Positions 26,253 to 38,600 of a stretch of 64,000 bases of DNA are shown here, piece by piece. Position numbers and translations under genes: made by a program. Each line of letters starts with the position of its first letter. Positions within the stretch are counted from its first letter, which is position 1. Source of the DNA: Macrostomum lignano (Eukaryota); the NCBI GenBank assembly GCA_002269645.1, contig NIVC01001271.1:1-64000 (forward strand). Reading direction: 5' to 3'. The notes beneath the pieces are model-generated. The model was not told where the DNA came from. It saw nothing but the letters and a program-made list of their open reading frames with translations, and made no database searches.

Positions 26253-28081
26253 ATGATATCCTTTGTGCACGTCAGTTGTTATTACAACATCAGCGACGTC
26301 AAATGTATAGAACTGCAGTGGGGTCCGCCAACTGCCTACGGATCGGGCAAATTGGTAGCCTACACTGTTGTCATGGCAACCATACTGTTAGTTGGCGGCG
26401 TTGGAAACCTAGCAATCTGCGCCGTGATAGCTCGCACCAGGTACTTGCACACGGCAACAAACTTCTATTTAATGAGCCTGAGCGTCTCCGATCTGCTAGT
26501 GCTCATTGCCCGGCTGCCCTACGAGATCTACTCGCACTGGAGGCGCTACCCGTTCCCAGGTAGCGGCCTGCTGTGCGCCAGCTCGGGCTTCCTGGCCGAG
26601 GCCTGCACCAGCTGCTCAGCACTGACGCTACTGGCCTTGACAACTCAGCGCTACCTGGCGATCTGTCGGCCTACGCCAGCCGGAATCGGCATCGGCCGGT
26701 CCATCGCCCTGCTCTGGCTTGCCTCGGTCTGCCTGTCCGCCGCCATGACCACGCAGCTTGGCGTGGAGGTGCTGCTGCGCAACGACTCGAGCACGGGCTA
26801 CTCGGCTAAGCCGCTGGTTGAATCTCGACTCTGCGACGTAGTAGAAACTCGACGAATACCGTACTCGTTCCTGGCCTCCTCCGTGCTGCTGTTCGGACTG
26901 CCGATGCTGCTGATGCTGTACATGTACCTGCGCATTGGCGCCGCTGTGCAGGGCTCGTTGCGACGCTACCCGCGCTTGCTGGGCCGACGCTACCGGACTG
27001 CCGGCGCCGCCGACCAGGAGAGACCCGCTAGCGGCCCTAGCAAGGGTCGCCGCGCGCTTGTCAAGCTGCTAGGTGAAGGATCTCCCTGCTTTCATGAGCA
27101 TTTCATTGCATTTCATTGTCAGCAAATGGACGTATTTGCACGGAATCCCATGGGTTACTCGTTAATCCTCAGCCCTAGCGAACCCTGAAGATGGACCAGA
27201 AAGTCCTCTTTATTTGAGTCGGGGGAACAGTAAATGCGCCCGACCCTCACGCCTTGATCCCTGGGTTGCATTCCGTGCTTGACCTCTTTTAATCTAACAC
27301 TTGTCATGCGGTTCATGGGGCTTGGGGGCCAAACCCCCAAGGCACAGAGAGTGTACATGCCTGACGATTAGAAAGTCAAAGGGCCGATGTACACCCTGTG
27401 TGAGCGGGTACCTCGTAATAGTGCGTGCGTACCTGCGTACATTATCCGTGTCTTATATTGTGCTCAGGAGTGACAGGAGCCAGCGAATCGGGCAAATTTA
27501 CCTTAGCGCTAGTGGCGGGACGATGTCCTGCAATTTTTAAAACAGCTTGTAATTTTGACTTCGACGCCAACCCTCGCCTTGCAGCCGCTCTCGTGCTCGC
27601 ATTCTTCTTCTGCTACGCTCCGTTTCATCTATCGCGCATTCTTGGCGACCTGGTGCAGCGAGAGTCCTACTGCCAGAGCTGCCTGGTGACAGCCGTCAAT
27701 CAGACGCTTTACCTGGTCTCCGGGCTGCTGTACTTTGCCTCTTCCATCGCTAATCCGGTATTGTACAGCCTAATGTCCGCCAAGTTCCGCATGGCACTGC
27801 GCTCAGCAATCTACGACACTGTCGCGAGTCTCGGCTGCGTCCAACTTGGTCCCGGCGACGGCCACCGGCAGCGGGGTCGCCGACTGCTGAGACGACAACG
27901 TCGGGGCCAGTCGACAATGCGGTGGCACCGGCAGCGACATCAGGGCGATGAGGCCGCCAGTGACCACCCGGACGATGGAGGCGACCGACAGCGGCAGGGA
28001 AGGCTGATCGCGACTCTGCCGCTGCTGCCGCAACCGCCGCCACCGACTGCTGTACCGCTGGAGGAACTGTCTCTGAGCTAA
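26253..28081 (+). CDS. Class A peptide GPCR, neuromedin U / PRXamide (capa-pyrokinin) receptor-like, 2 exons
   Basis: Exon 26253-27072 contains GNL, TATNFYLMSLSVSDLL, QRY and FGLP. The intron 27073-27584 is GT..AG and phase 1. Exon 27585-28081 contains AFFFCYAPFH and ANPVLYSLMSAKFR. The true N-terminus may use an upstream exon. Confidence 0.85.
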
Positions 28082-28797
28082 TGAAGCATTGAGAAGCACA
28101 CGAGCACTGACATTCTTAACAACTCAACTCAAACTCTCAATTGCATCGAAACTATATACTCGAACGGATTGAGTACAATTACAGGGCACGCATAACGCTC
28201 GTAGTCGGTACTGCACGCAACTCCTCGCTAATTGGTTAGTTGCAAGCAGGCCCATGCCAGATATTGTTGTGGATCATGTGACTTAAAGCAAAAAGAAATT
28301 TCTCCGTCTAAGCATCGACGTAAATAAAAGAAATTGTCATTTCTAATGCAGTGCACGAGCACCTGATTCACTTTGAATCGCCTCGTATAACAGCCATAGC
28401 GTCAGTCCATCAGCGTTAACAACCACGCGTCCGTCACTCGATATAAAAATAGTTGACTAAAAGGCATCCCCGTCTGCTCAGGTAAGATTTCTTTTCCCCA
28501 ACCTGACCACCGCCAGCCCCCTGTACTGGATTAAACAGGTGCAGAGCGTCATCGCATGACCAGCAGCTGTGTTCGTGACTTCGATAATAAATCAAAAGGC
28601 TCGTGCGGGAGCGGTCTCTCCCTCTCTGTCTCTTATCTCCACCGCACCGAGTCTGCTGCCTGCCCGTCTTCCGGAGTTCACCGCCGAGTGACTCCGAAAT
28701 CCCAAATTATTTAGTCTGCGCCTCAAGCTGAGAACTTTATCGCTAAATACCCACCGCATTGTCGCGTATACTGACTGGATCGACTTTCATATGCATG

Positions 28798-29227
28798 CAG
28801 GGGCGTCGCCATAGATTTTATGGTGGTGGGACAGAGCCAACAATTATACTTGTACATGTACTTGACTAAATTCCTACATGTACATTATTTTCAGAATCGG
28901 TGTTGTCAGCGCTCATTTTAGCGCCACACGCACTCATTTTAGCGCCGCAGGCACTCATTTTAGCGCCACAGGCACTCATTTTAGCGCCGCAGGCACTCAT
29001 TTTAGCGCCGCAGGCACTCATTTTAGCGCCGCAGGCACTCATTTTAGCGCCACAGGCACTCATTTTAGCGCCGCAGGCACTCTATTTTGGCGCCCTGCAA
29101 AAAAATTATTGATTTCCAGAAGGGGTCACAAGGTGGGGTGGGGGGGACAAAGCATTCGCATGTCCCCCAGATCTTTCACTGGGAGGGGACATATATCCTC
29201 CCTGTCCCCACGTTGGCGACGCCCCTG
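28798..29227. mobile_element. MITE with perfect 14-bp TIRs and an internal 21-bp minisatellite
   Basis: CAGGGGCGTCGCCA (28798-28811) pairs with TGGCGACGCCCCTG (29214-29227). About 9 copies of CACTCATTTTAGCGCCGCAGG lie inside. No clear TSD. Confidence 0.75.
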
Positions 29228-32200
29228 TGTACGTATCTGATAAGTTCAGCATAATAGATGGAAATTTCTTGAAAATGTCCGAAGGCCTCAATGAAAAGCT
29301 CAATTGTCATTGGTAACAATTGGCAACAGCTCTTCGGCGACATCATTCTAATCGTCAAGCATGTACACTGTCTGTGCCTTGGCGGTTGAATCGAACTGAT
29401 CACTCTGAACTGCTCAGAAGGAACCGCTTGAAGAATCAAGGCCAAAGCAAAAATTGGCTTTTTTCTTGATGAGTTTCTTCACCGCTAGGCCCGAACAACA
29501 AAGCTGGGAATTACTTATTGTTGTCCTGCATAATGCAGCAGCAGCGGCCATCTCAGCACAGGCTAGTAGGCCTCATTTATTTTGATTAAAGCCTAGCATT
29601 GCTGTTGACCGGCTCGTCTGTCATTTTAATTTGTCAAAGCAAGAAGCGCTCGCTGTGCTTGGCTTGCCTACCTGCCTTGCATTGTGCCTCCTCAAGCTGC
29701 TAATTTGAGTAATGCAGACGTCGAGGTAATCACAATGATGAATGCTAGAATGGCGAGGATGCTGCGAGGGCCGGTAGTGTAACGCTTCCAGGACGCGGGA
29801 CACGCATACATTGAGAAAACACCGCAAAATGTTGCACAAAATGGCAATACAATCGGTCATTGAATTAGTCCATTCATTTTTCCAAAGACAATCCGTATTA
29901 GCTGAGGTGTCAAACGACACTCAATGACACCTTTTCCGTTCAACTTCAACAAAACTCACATTCTATTTCATTATTCTATACATGTATTTACCTATTTCAA
30001 CCGTCATTCAATTTCGGCATGCTGCATTTAAGGCTGTAACTGTTTGAGGCTCTCTATTGCATCCCTCTTTAAACTTAGTGCTCTCCTTCAAGTTCGCTTC
30101 CAGAAGACAATTTTGTTTTATGTACGGGAGCATACACTCAATTCATTTAAGATATTACCATACAAATCAGAAGAATGAGCGACGAGGTGATGTTTGAAGA
30201 AGCGGGAGATGGAGAAAAAATCGGTGACGAAGATGATGGAGTTGAACCCTGGGGTCCATTACGGACAGATGTCTGACGGAGACAGAACTGTGACGTTGCT
30301 AGTTTAAGTGGTCCCGCAAAAGGGCCGTTGGACTATAGTTTCCCTTGTAATTTCTCATTTTAATTTCTCTAATAGTTTATTTTAACGTTTACTTGTAGTA
30401 GCGTGCAAATAATCTGTATCAATTGCTAATTCACTGTGTATTTGGTAGGCCTCGCGTTCGTCTGTAAATTTTACCACGATCGATAATTTCAAGTTCTCTC
30501 GCCAGCCAATGAAAACTCTCCGCGTGTATATTGCTAGCCCTCTGCGCTCTTTATTAACCCCCCGTCTGGCGGCGGGCTGGGCGCCTCCCTACCCTCGCCT
30601 CCTCACTTCTGGCTTCGGGCGTCTGGCTCTCGTTTTCCTTCTCTCTCTTGGCTGCCTCGAGCCTCCTTATCTCTCGCCACGGCTCCTCTGTCTGGGCCAG
30701 CCTGTTCACACTCTGTACTCCACTGTGTACTGCCACGGCTAACGCCACTCTCACCGTTACTTATCTGCCTGTTTACTTACTGCTCACTGCCTTCACTGTG
30801 CTCATCGACATCACTCACTACGTTGCGTCGCCATTGTATCCTTCGCCTGCCACTCGACTTCATATTCTAACTACCTTCAAAACCATTGTTGCAGCCGCCA
30901 GTGTCCCAAAGCGCAATAAGTTCTGTATTGACATTACCAGTTTGAATACTGATCTCAACAATAAATTAACTACGGCAGTTTCCTGCCCTTATACGCCAAG
31001 TGCTCCGCTACACAATCCGCTTTGCAAGAATTGACTTCAATTCATTTTGGGACTACGACTTACGACAACTCTCGTAAAACGGCCCTTCTAAGGGTCATAG
31101 CCTCTACGCCCATAACGTGACAGAACCCACCTTCTTGACGCGCATGAGAAAGGACAGGGATGTGTCCATCTGGCGCAACTCATAAAGCCGCTTCTGCCTC
31201 TGCTCTCAGACCTTCATGTTGAAATTGAATGCAGAATCCCGAAATTGAATGAGAAATCGGCATGCAGGAGCAAGTTTTGTCCATAGACAAATTAGCGCCA
31301 TTACTATAGTATGAAATAGAATATCCAATTACCGAAATTGAATGTCAGCTTGCCGAAATTGAATGCGAGTTTTGTTGAAATTGAACGGAAAAAGGTGTAA
31401 ATAATTAGTCTGGGATTAAAAGTCGAGCACGCTAGTTCGTGAATACAAGTCGAATTTGGGTTAAATTAGTATTGTAAATTTGACGAACTACAAATACTAA
31501 AGCACTATATTTGGGCCACCCTCTCCCAGTTTTTATTGGCTCCGAGAATTTTGTTTATGGTCAAAGCCCACAGATCTGACGAGTTACCGCAAAAAAATCA
31601 GATGGTGTTCAATAGAAAGCACAGATGGAATAACTAATGGATATGTCACTCGCAAGTAAAGTTGTGAAAAAATAGAGCGTCTACTATTTTTCAGTAGTTT
31701 GTCTGCGCAGCGCCACTTAAATTTAATGTGGCAGCTAAAATCTCCTTTCATTCCTAGTTTATGACCTCAAAGAATATGGGGGTTAGGAATCAATAACAAG
31801 CATTTAACTCGATGTACACAAGTAAGCACCCAATCCAGCTCAGCCAATGAGAGAGCAGTAAGTAGAGAGGTCAGAGTTAGATGGACGAAACTGAGACTAG
31901 GGAAAGACAGGCCCAAACTCGCTCAGCCAATGAGAGAGCTGTAAAGAGAGAAGTCAGAGTCAGAAGTCAAAGTCAAGCAAAGTTGGCAAGAGGAAAGCCA
32001 AAATTTTTATCGGCCTGGCTGGGGCACCAACCCCGTTTCTCTATACACACAAACTGGATTTGGGTTTTTCAAGTTTTCCTGAAATCTTCAATCTTAAATT
32101 CATAATTCATTTCTTTGTAAATAATTTCGAGTCTGAGGCATTCCTAGAAGTCCGCTTTTAAAAAACGCTAATTTTACTACTGAAAAAGAGTAGACAAGCG

Positions 32201-32350
32201 CATTTTTTCGACATACACAACTAGTTATTCTAGTATCTGCGATCGAAAATAGGTTAAAAAATCAGATACATTTATCGAGTGGCTCATCCAGTACTTTAGT
32301 TAAGATCTGTGATCCAGTCCGTCGCATAGCTCGTTATCTAAGACTCTTCC

Positions 32351-34877
32351 TCAGCTGATTCGTTCAATCGACATGCTGGTCATGTGCTTGGCGCAGGCCA
32401 CTTGGCAGTTGCTGCGAAAGCTGACCTTGTCATTGGCTGACAGATCAAGCAGCTCGTAGAAGTTGCAGAACTGGTACTTGCTGTTGTTCTTGAAGCACAG
32501 GAGATTCCTGTTGTTATGCAGCTCAATGGAAGCGCTCATGTTGCCACAAGCTGTATTACATGCAGTGTGACACGCTATCTGCGAGTGAGATGGTGAAGAT
32601 TGGGAATATTTTTGCACTGCGCTTACTGCTAATCGGTATCGTAGAAAAAGAAATTTGAACGAATGGTCAATCGATTTCGACGGTAAAGGGATATCTAATC
32701 TCTCTGGGAATTTGCTAATCTATATCCTACAAACAGGAAGCAATACAATGGATTGCTAAGCTAATCTATAGCCTACAAACAGGAAGCAATACAATGGATT
32801 GCTAATCTATATCCTACAAACAGGAGGCAATACAATGGATTGCTAATCTATAGCCTACAAACAGGAGGCAATACAATGGATTGCTAATCTATAGCCTACA
32901 AACAGGAGGCAATACAATGGATTGCTAATCTATAGCCTACAAACAGGAGGCAATACAATGGATTGCTAATCTATATCCTACAAACAGGAGGCAATACAAT
33001 GGATTGCTAATCTATAGCCTACAAACAGGAGGCAATACAATGGATTGCTAATCTATATCCTACAAACAGGAAGCAATACAATGGATTGCTAATCTAGTCC
33101 ATATACACAGAACATTGGCATTCACTTGAGCGGTGATGCGGAAGCTCCCGCTCAGCAGAACTCGTACAGAACTGTTTTGCTCCAGTCGATACGAGGGACC
33201 CAAGCTCGAGTCGAGTCGCTCGCCCAGCGGCAGACGGCAGTCGGAACCGTCCGGGCAGGAGTAAAGTTGGCCGCTCGCGTTGTTAGGGCAGGGCAGCACG
33301 ACAAGACTGATTAGGTCCTGCGAGCAGTGAGGGTGTTTAGCGCACTTATAGTGTAGATAGCGTGTAAATATTAATTAGGCATGTAAATATTAATTTACAC
33401 GCATGCTCTTACACTCCATTTTAAATTTACTCTGAAAATTCTCAAACTACTGATCGAATACGCTGGTCCTTCTTGCCACGACAACTCAAAAGCCCATCTT
33501 CAGCCATGACATTTCACAACTTTCGCTTAAGCCTTGCCGTCTCAGCAACTTCCCATTGAGCCATTTAGTTTTTAGTTACAGCCACAGGCTGTGTGCACCG
33601 TGCCTTTTTGCACTTTTAGCGACATTTGTCGCACAACCGGCGAGAGGCATTACCCTTCTGTCAGCTCACCTGAGCAGAAGCGCGCGGAAACGTACATGTG
33701 TACACATTCATAGGACAGGCACACTCACACAGGAGTGTACAGCGGCTCTAACTTTATTTATCGTTAGGCATGTACACTTTACTATGCCAATTAGGGGTTG
33801 GCCCACAAGGCCCTCAAAGCTCGTAATTGCACGAACAGACCCAAGCCGAGATTCCACTATCCACTGCAATTGAACCTCAGCAACTCCCCATTGAGTCATT
33901 GAACCACAGCAACTCCCCACTGAACCACAGCAACTCCCCACTGAACCTCAGCAACTCCCCATTAAACCACAGCAACTCCCCATTGAACCTCAGCAACTCC
34001 CTATTAAATCTCAGCAACTCCCCATTGAACCTCAGCAACTCCCTATTAAATCTCAGCAACTCCCCATTGAGCCATTGAACCACAGCAACTCCCCATTGAG
34101 CCATTGAACCTCAGCAACTCCCCATTGAGCCTCAGCAACTCCCTATTAAACCTCAGCAACTCCCCATTGAGCCTCAGCAACTCCCTATTAAACCTCGGCA
34201 ATTCCCCATTGAACCTCAGCAACTCCCTATTGAACCTCAGCAACTCCTTATTGAACCACAGCAACTCCCTATTGAACCACAGCAACTCCCTATTGAACCA
34301 CAGCAACTCCCTATTGAACCTCAGCAACTCCCCATTGAGCCTCAGCAACTCCCCATTGAGCCTCAGCAACTCCCCATTGAACCTCAGCAACTCCCCATTG
34401 AACTTCAGCAACTCCCCATTGAGCCTCAGCAACTCCCCATTGAACCACAGCAACTCCCTATTGAACCTCAGCAACTCCCCATTGAGCCTCAGCAACTCCC
34501 CATTGAGCCTCAGCAACTCCCCATTGAACCTCAGCAACTCCCCATTGAACCTCAGCAACTCCCCATTGAGCCTCAGCAACTCCCTATTGAACCACAGCAA
34601 CTCCCTATTGAACCTCAGCAACTCCCCATTGAACCTCAGCAACTCCCCATTGAGCCTCAGCAACTCCCCATTGAGCTAAGGCAACACTTGAATGACTTGC
34701 CTGCCGGCTCGCAGCCGAGGGTCTCAGCCAAGTCCAACCTACGCTGCACTCCAGCCCGACAACAAACAGGCAAGTGACGAAACACTGCAGCAGCGGCAGC
34801 ACTAGCAGGCGACAGCGGCACTTGCTGATCTCCTCGGCATTGTCGTACAGCTGCTCGGGATTGGCGTTGGGCTCCAT
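32351..34877 (-). CDS. Putative TNF/C1q-fold type II membrane protein, 3 exons, about 184-198 aa
   Basis: Exons are 34877-34701 (alternative donor at 34743), 33317-33126 and 32578-32351, all phase 0 and open. A short N-terminus is followed by a hydrophobic segment LLVLPLLQCFVTCLFVVGL. The Cys-rich ectodomain contains SVRVLLSGSFRITAQI and ELLDLSANDKVSF..TSMSIERI. Confidence 0.7.
32720..33095. repeat. 41-bp minisatellite in intron 2 of the TNF-like gene
   Basis: About 9 copies of GGATTGCTAATCTATAGCCTACAAACAGGAGGCAATACAAT. Confidence 0.93.
33619..33856 (+). repeat. Dispersed repeat family B, copy 1
   Basis: Shares blocks such as CACAACCGGC..GAGGCATTAC, TAACTTTATTTATCGTTAGGCATGTACACTT and CAAGCCGAGATTCCA with 49799-50002. 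Confidence 0.8.
33870..34677. repeat. 21-bp minisatellite (TTGAACCTCAGCAACTCCCCA) in intron 1 of the TNF-like gene
   Basis: About 38 tandem units. Source of the NGELLR/LNLSNSP ORFs. Confidence 0.95.
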
Positions 34878-35692
34878 CTGAGCTGTCTGTGTCAAGAATT
34901 CGCACTGCAAGAAAGCTGTTTAACTCCCAGCGCAATGCAGAGCCAAGCTGCAATACTTGCCTGTTTAAATATAGGGCCAGCAATTACTGCAAGGTGTGCC
35001 CGCATGGCAACTGGCAACAGGAAGTCACACTTAAGACCTGTACTGTATTAGCAATTACTCGTAACCTTATCCAAGATGCTACTTTGGATCATGTAGATAG
35101 CAGTCGAGAGAAGCGAAGTTCGCTTGGCGAATTTCAATTTGCATCATCAAGTTGTTTAATGCGCATTGTAAATTCTTCTTTGATTTGGGTCAGCGGAGTG
35201 ACGTAACTACCAAAGGCATATTCGCAAGACTTACAGATTTTTATATCGTGACGACGCTTTTAAGATATATTATGATTTCATATGCAGACAAAAAGTTCAC
35301 ATTATCAATAACTTGCTTTCACATGTTCAACTGGAACTGCTAGTAATGAGTAATTAACTCGGCTGCATATTGCAACGGTGACACCCGGAGGAGCAGCACA
35401 GAGACTAAACCCGAATCGCCAGTTAAAAAAACACGCGCACATCTGGACACAAAATTTACTTAATTACAATAGACATATTTTACATTTAAGCTACATAATA
35501 TTATTATCAAATAATGCAAGCAAAACGGGGCACGCGTACAATAAAAAACTGCCTATGCATTTAAATATTTTGCAGCATACTCTACTCAGTGCAGTAGTAG
35601 TACTTGTAGCTCATCAATGAAAATTAACGACATAAAAAGCGAGAGCCAGGAAAAGGAAACAACAGCAACATCAGGGATGTGTTGTGTTCTTC

Positions 35693-38600
35693 TTAGTAAC
35701 CGGGCGGCGGCGGCGGCGGCGGCGGCAGTCGCATTCCGTGGCCGCCGTAGCCGCCGACACCTGGCGGAGGCGGCAGCCAGGACTGCGACGGAGGCCGCGG
35801 CGGCGGGAAGCGCGGCCGGGACGGCGCCGCTCGCCACGCCGGACCGGCCGACGAGCCCGGCGGCGGCGGTGGAGGCGGCGGATGCCGGTTCCCGGGCTGA
35901 AACGGCGGGCCGTGCCAGTTGCGCGGCCCACCAGGACCGGCTCCGTAGCCTGGATGGTGCTGCTGCTGATGATGCTGCTGCTGATGATGCTGCGGCCCGG
36001 CAATGGCCAGAGGCGGCCGGGGCTGTCCGCCATAGTAGGACGGCCTGCCGTATCCGCCCTGCGGCGGGCCGAAGTTGCGCGGCGGCGGCCCTCCCCCGCC
36101 AGAAGCGGAGAATCCGCCAGACGGCGTCGGCGCCGGAAAGCGCCGAGGCCCCGGGCCGCTGCCGCCAGCACCGAAGCTGCTGGTTGCTACCGACGCGGCG
36201 GTGTACGTTGAATTGGCTGACGCAGCAGTGGAGGACGAGGCTGTACTGACGCCGAGCTCCTGCATGAGAGCCGAGTACTCGCTGTCCATCTCCTTCTGCT
36301 GATGTTGGGCGCCAGGGCCTCCGCCGCCGCTGCCAGGCCCGCCTGCGTTATCGCTGCCGCCGCCGCCGCGTGGTGCCCGACAATCCTTGGCGAGATGGCC
36401 GGCGCCGCCGCAGTTGGTGCAGACAATCTGGTTGGTGATGATGTCGGAGGCTTCGGCCAGCTGGCGCAGTTTAGCCAGGCCTTCGTCTTCGCGCAGGGTG
36501 CCGTTGAACAGGGCCAGCTCGCGGAGCTGCTTCCGCCTCAGTTCGTTGTTCTCCTCCGGCTGCTCGATGCCTGAGGGCGGGGATGAGCGGAGCGGCGCCC
36601 CGGGGATGACTGCTTGCTTGGTGCATCAAATCCACCCCTATTTCAGACGTTCAATCTATCAAATCCGCCCCTATTTCAGACGTTCAATCTATCAAATCCG
36701 CCCCTATTTCAGACGTTCAATCTATCAAATCCGCCCTTATCTCAGACGTTCAGTCTATCAAATCCGCCCCTATCTCAGGTGTTCAGTCTATCAAATCCGC
36801 CCTTATCTCAGACGTTCAATCTATCAAATCCGCCCTTATCTCAGACGTTCAATCTATCAAATCCGCCCTTATCTCAGACGTTCAATCTATCAAATCCGCC
36901 CCTATCTCAGACGTTCAATCTATCAAATCCGCCCTTATCTCAGACGTTCAATCTATCAAATCCGCCCTTATCTCAGACGTTCAGTCTATCAAATCCGCCC
37001 CTATCTCAGGTGTTCAGTCTATCAAATCCGCCCCTATCTCAGGTGTTCAGTCTATCAAATCCGCCCCTATCTCAGCTGTTCAGTCTATCAAATCCGCCCC
37101 TATCTCAGGTGTTCAGTCTATCAAATCCGCCCCATATCAGGTGTTCAATCTATCAAATCCGCCCCTATCTCAGGTGTTCAGTCTATCAAATCCGCCCCAC
37201 ATCAGGTGTTCAATCTATCAAATCCGCCCCTATTTCAGGTGTTCAGTCTATCAAATCCGCCCCATATCAGGTGTTCAGTCTATCAAATCCGCCCCTATTT
37301 CAGGTGTTCAGTCTATCAAATCCGCCCCATATCAGGTGTTCAGTCTATCAAATCCGCCCCATATCAGGTGTTCAGTCTATCAAATCCGCCCCTATTTCAG
37401 ACGTTCAATCTATCAAATCCGCCCCTATTTCAGGTGTTCAGTCTATCAAATCCGCCACTATCTCAGGTGTTCAATCTATCAAATCCGCCCCTATCTCAGG
37501 TGTTCATTCTATCAAATCCGCCCCTATCTCAGGTGTTCATTCTATCAAATCCACCCCTATCTCAGGTGTTCAGTCCATCAAATCCACCCCTATCTCAGAC
37601 GTTCAATCTATCAAATCCGCCCCTACCTCAGATGTTGAGTCTATCAAATCCGCCACTATTTCAGGTGTTCATTCTATCAAATCCACCCCTATCTCAGGTG
37701 TTCAGTCCATCAAATCCACCCTAGCTTCTAAACTTAGCCTGTCAAATCAGGCCCTATTTTAAGTGCTAAGTCTATAAAATGCGATAGCTCAACTCACCCT
37801 GCTTAATAATGGCCCGGATCTTTTCGATGGCATTGCGCACACTGTCGGAAGACATCGAGGTGACGTACGCGTGCAGATCGTCGTCTTCGCCGGGCATTTT
37901 TGTGCCGTCGCGAATTTTTCCTAAATTTTGGACGAACAAAAATGTTTATAATGCTACTTGTACGAGAGAAAAAAGTAGTATCGTTAGCATATGAGTTAAC
38001 AGGGCAAAAACCATTAATTAAAATCTAATAAAGACAAGGAACAATCCAAACGCGCGGCCTCACCTTCTTTCACGCTGCCTTTGCCCCGAATAATTATCCG
38101 GCAGTTGGTCTCGCGCTCGAGATTCTTCAGCGTGTTGCCGCGCGGTCCAATGATTAGGCCCACAAAATTCACGTCCGGGTGCTCCTCCTGAGGTATGTAG
38201 ATCTGGGCAGAAGGTGGAGGTTAAAGACAAATTGCAGCGGTTATAACATTATGTTTACTCTAAGCAACTGCTAATTGGCATCGGACAGTGCTAGGGTTGG
38301 TAGAATGATGAAGAGAAGAGAAACTTGGAGAGAGGGTGAGAGGAGACATGAGGACAGACAGGAGAGATGGTGAGATGAGACATGAGGACAGACAGGAGAG
38401 AGGGGGAGAGGAGACATGAGGACAGACAGGAGAGAGGGTGAGATGAGACATGAGGACAGACAGGAGAGAGGGGGAGAGGAGACATGAGGACAGACAGGAG
38501 AGAGGGTGAGAGGAGACATGAGGACAGACAGGAGAGAGGGTGAGATGAGACATCAAAACAGAAAGGAGAGAGGGGGAGATGAGACATGAGGACAGACAGG

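Noticed and set aside
30870-31215. Two short minus-strand exon-like pieces (QRQKRLYELRQMDTSLSFLMRVKK; NLLRFGTLAAATMVLK)
   Set aside because: The splice sites are plausible but weak. No start, stop or homology was recognisable, so I could not build a gene model.
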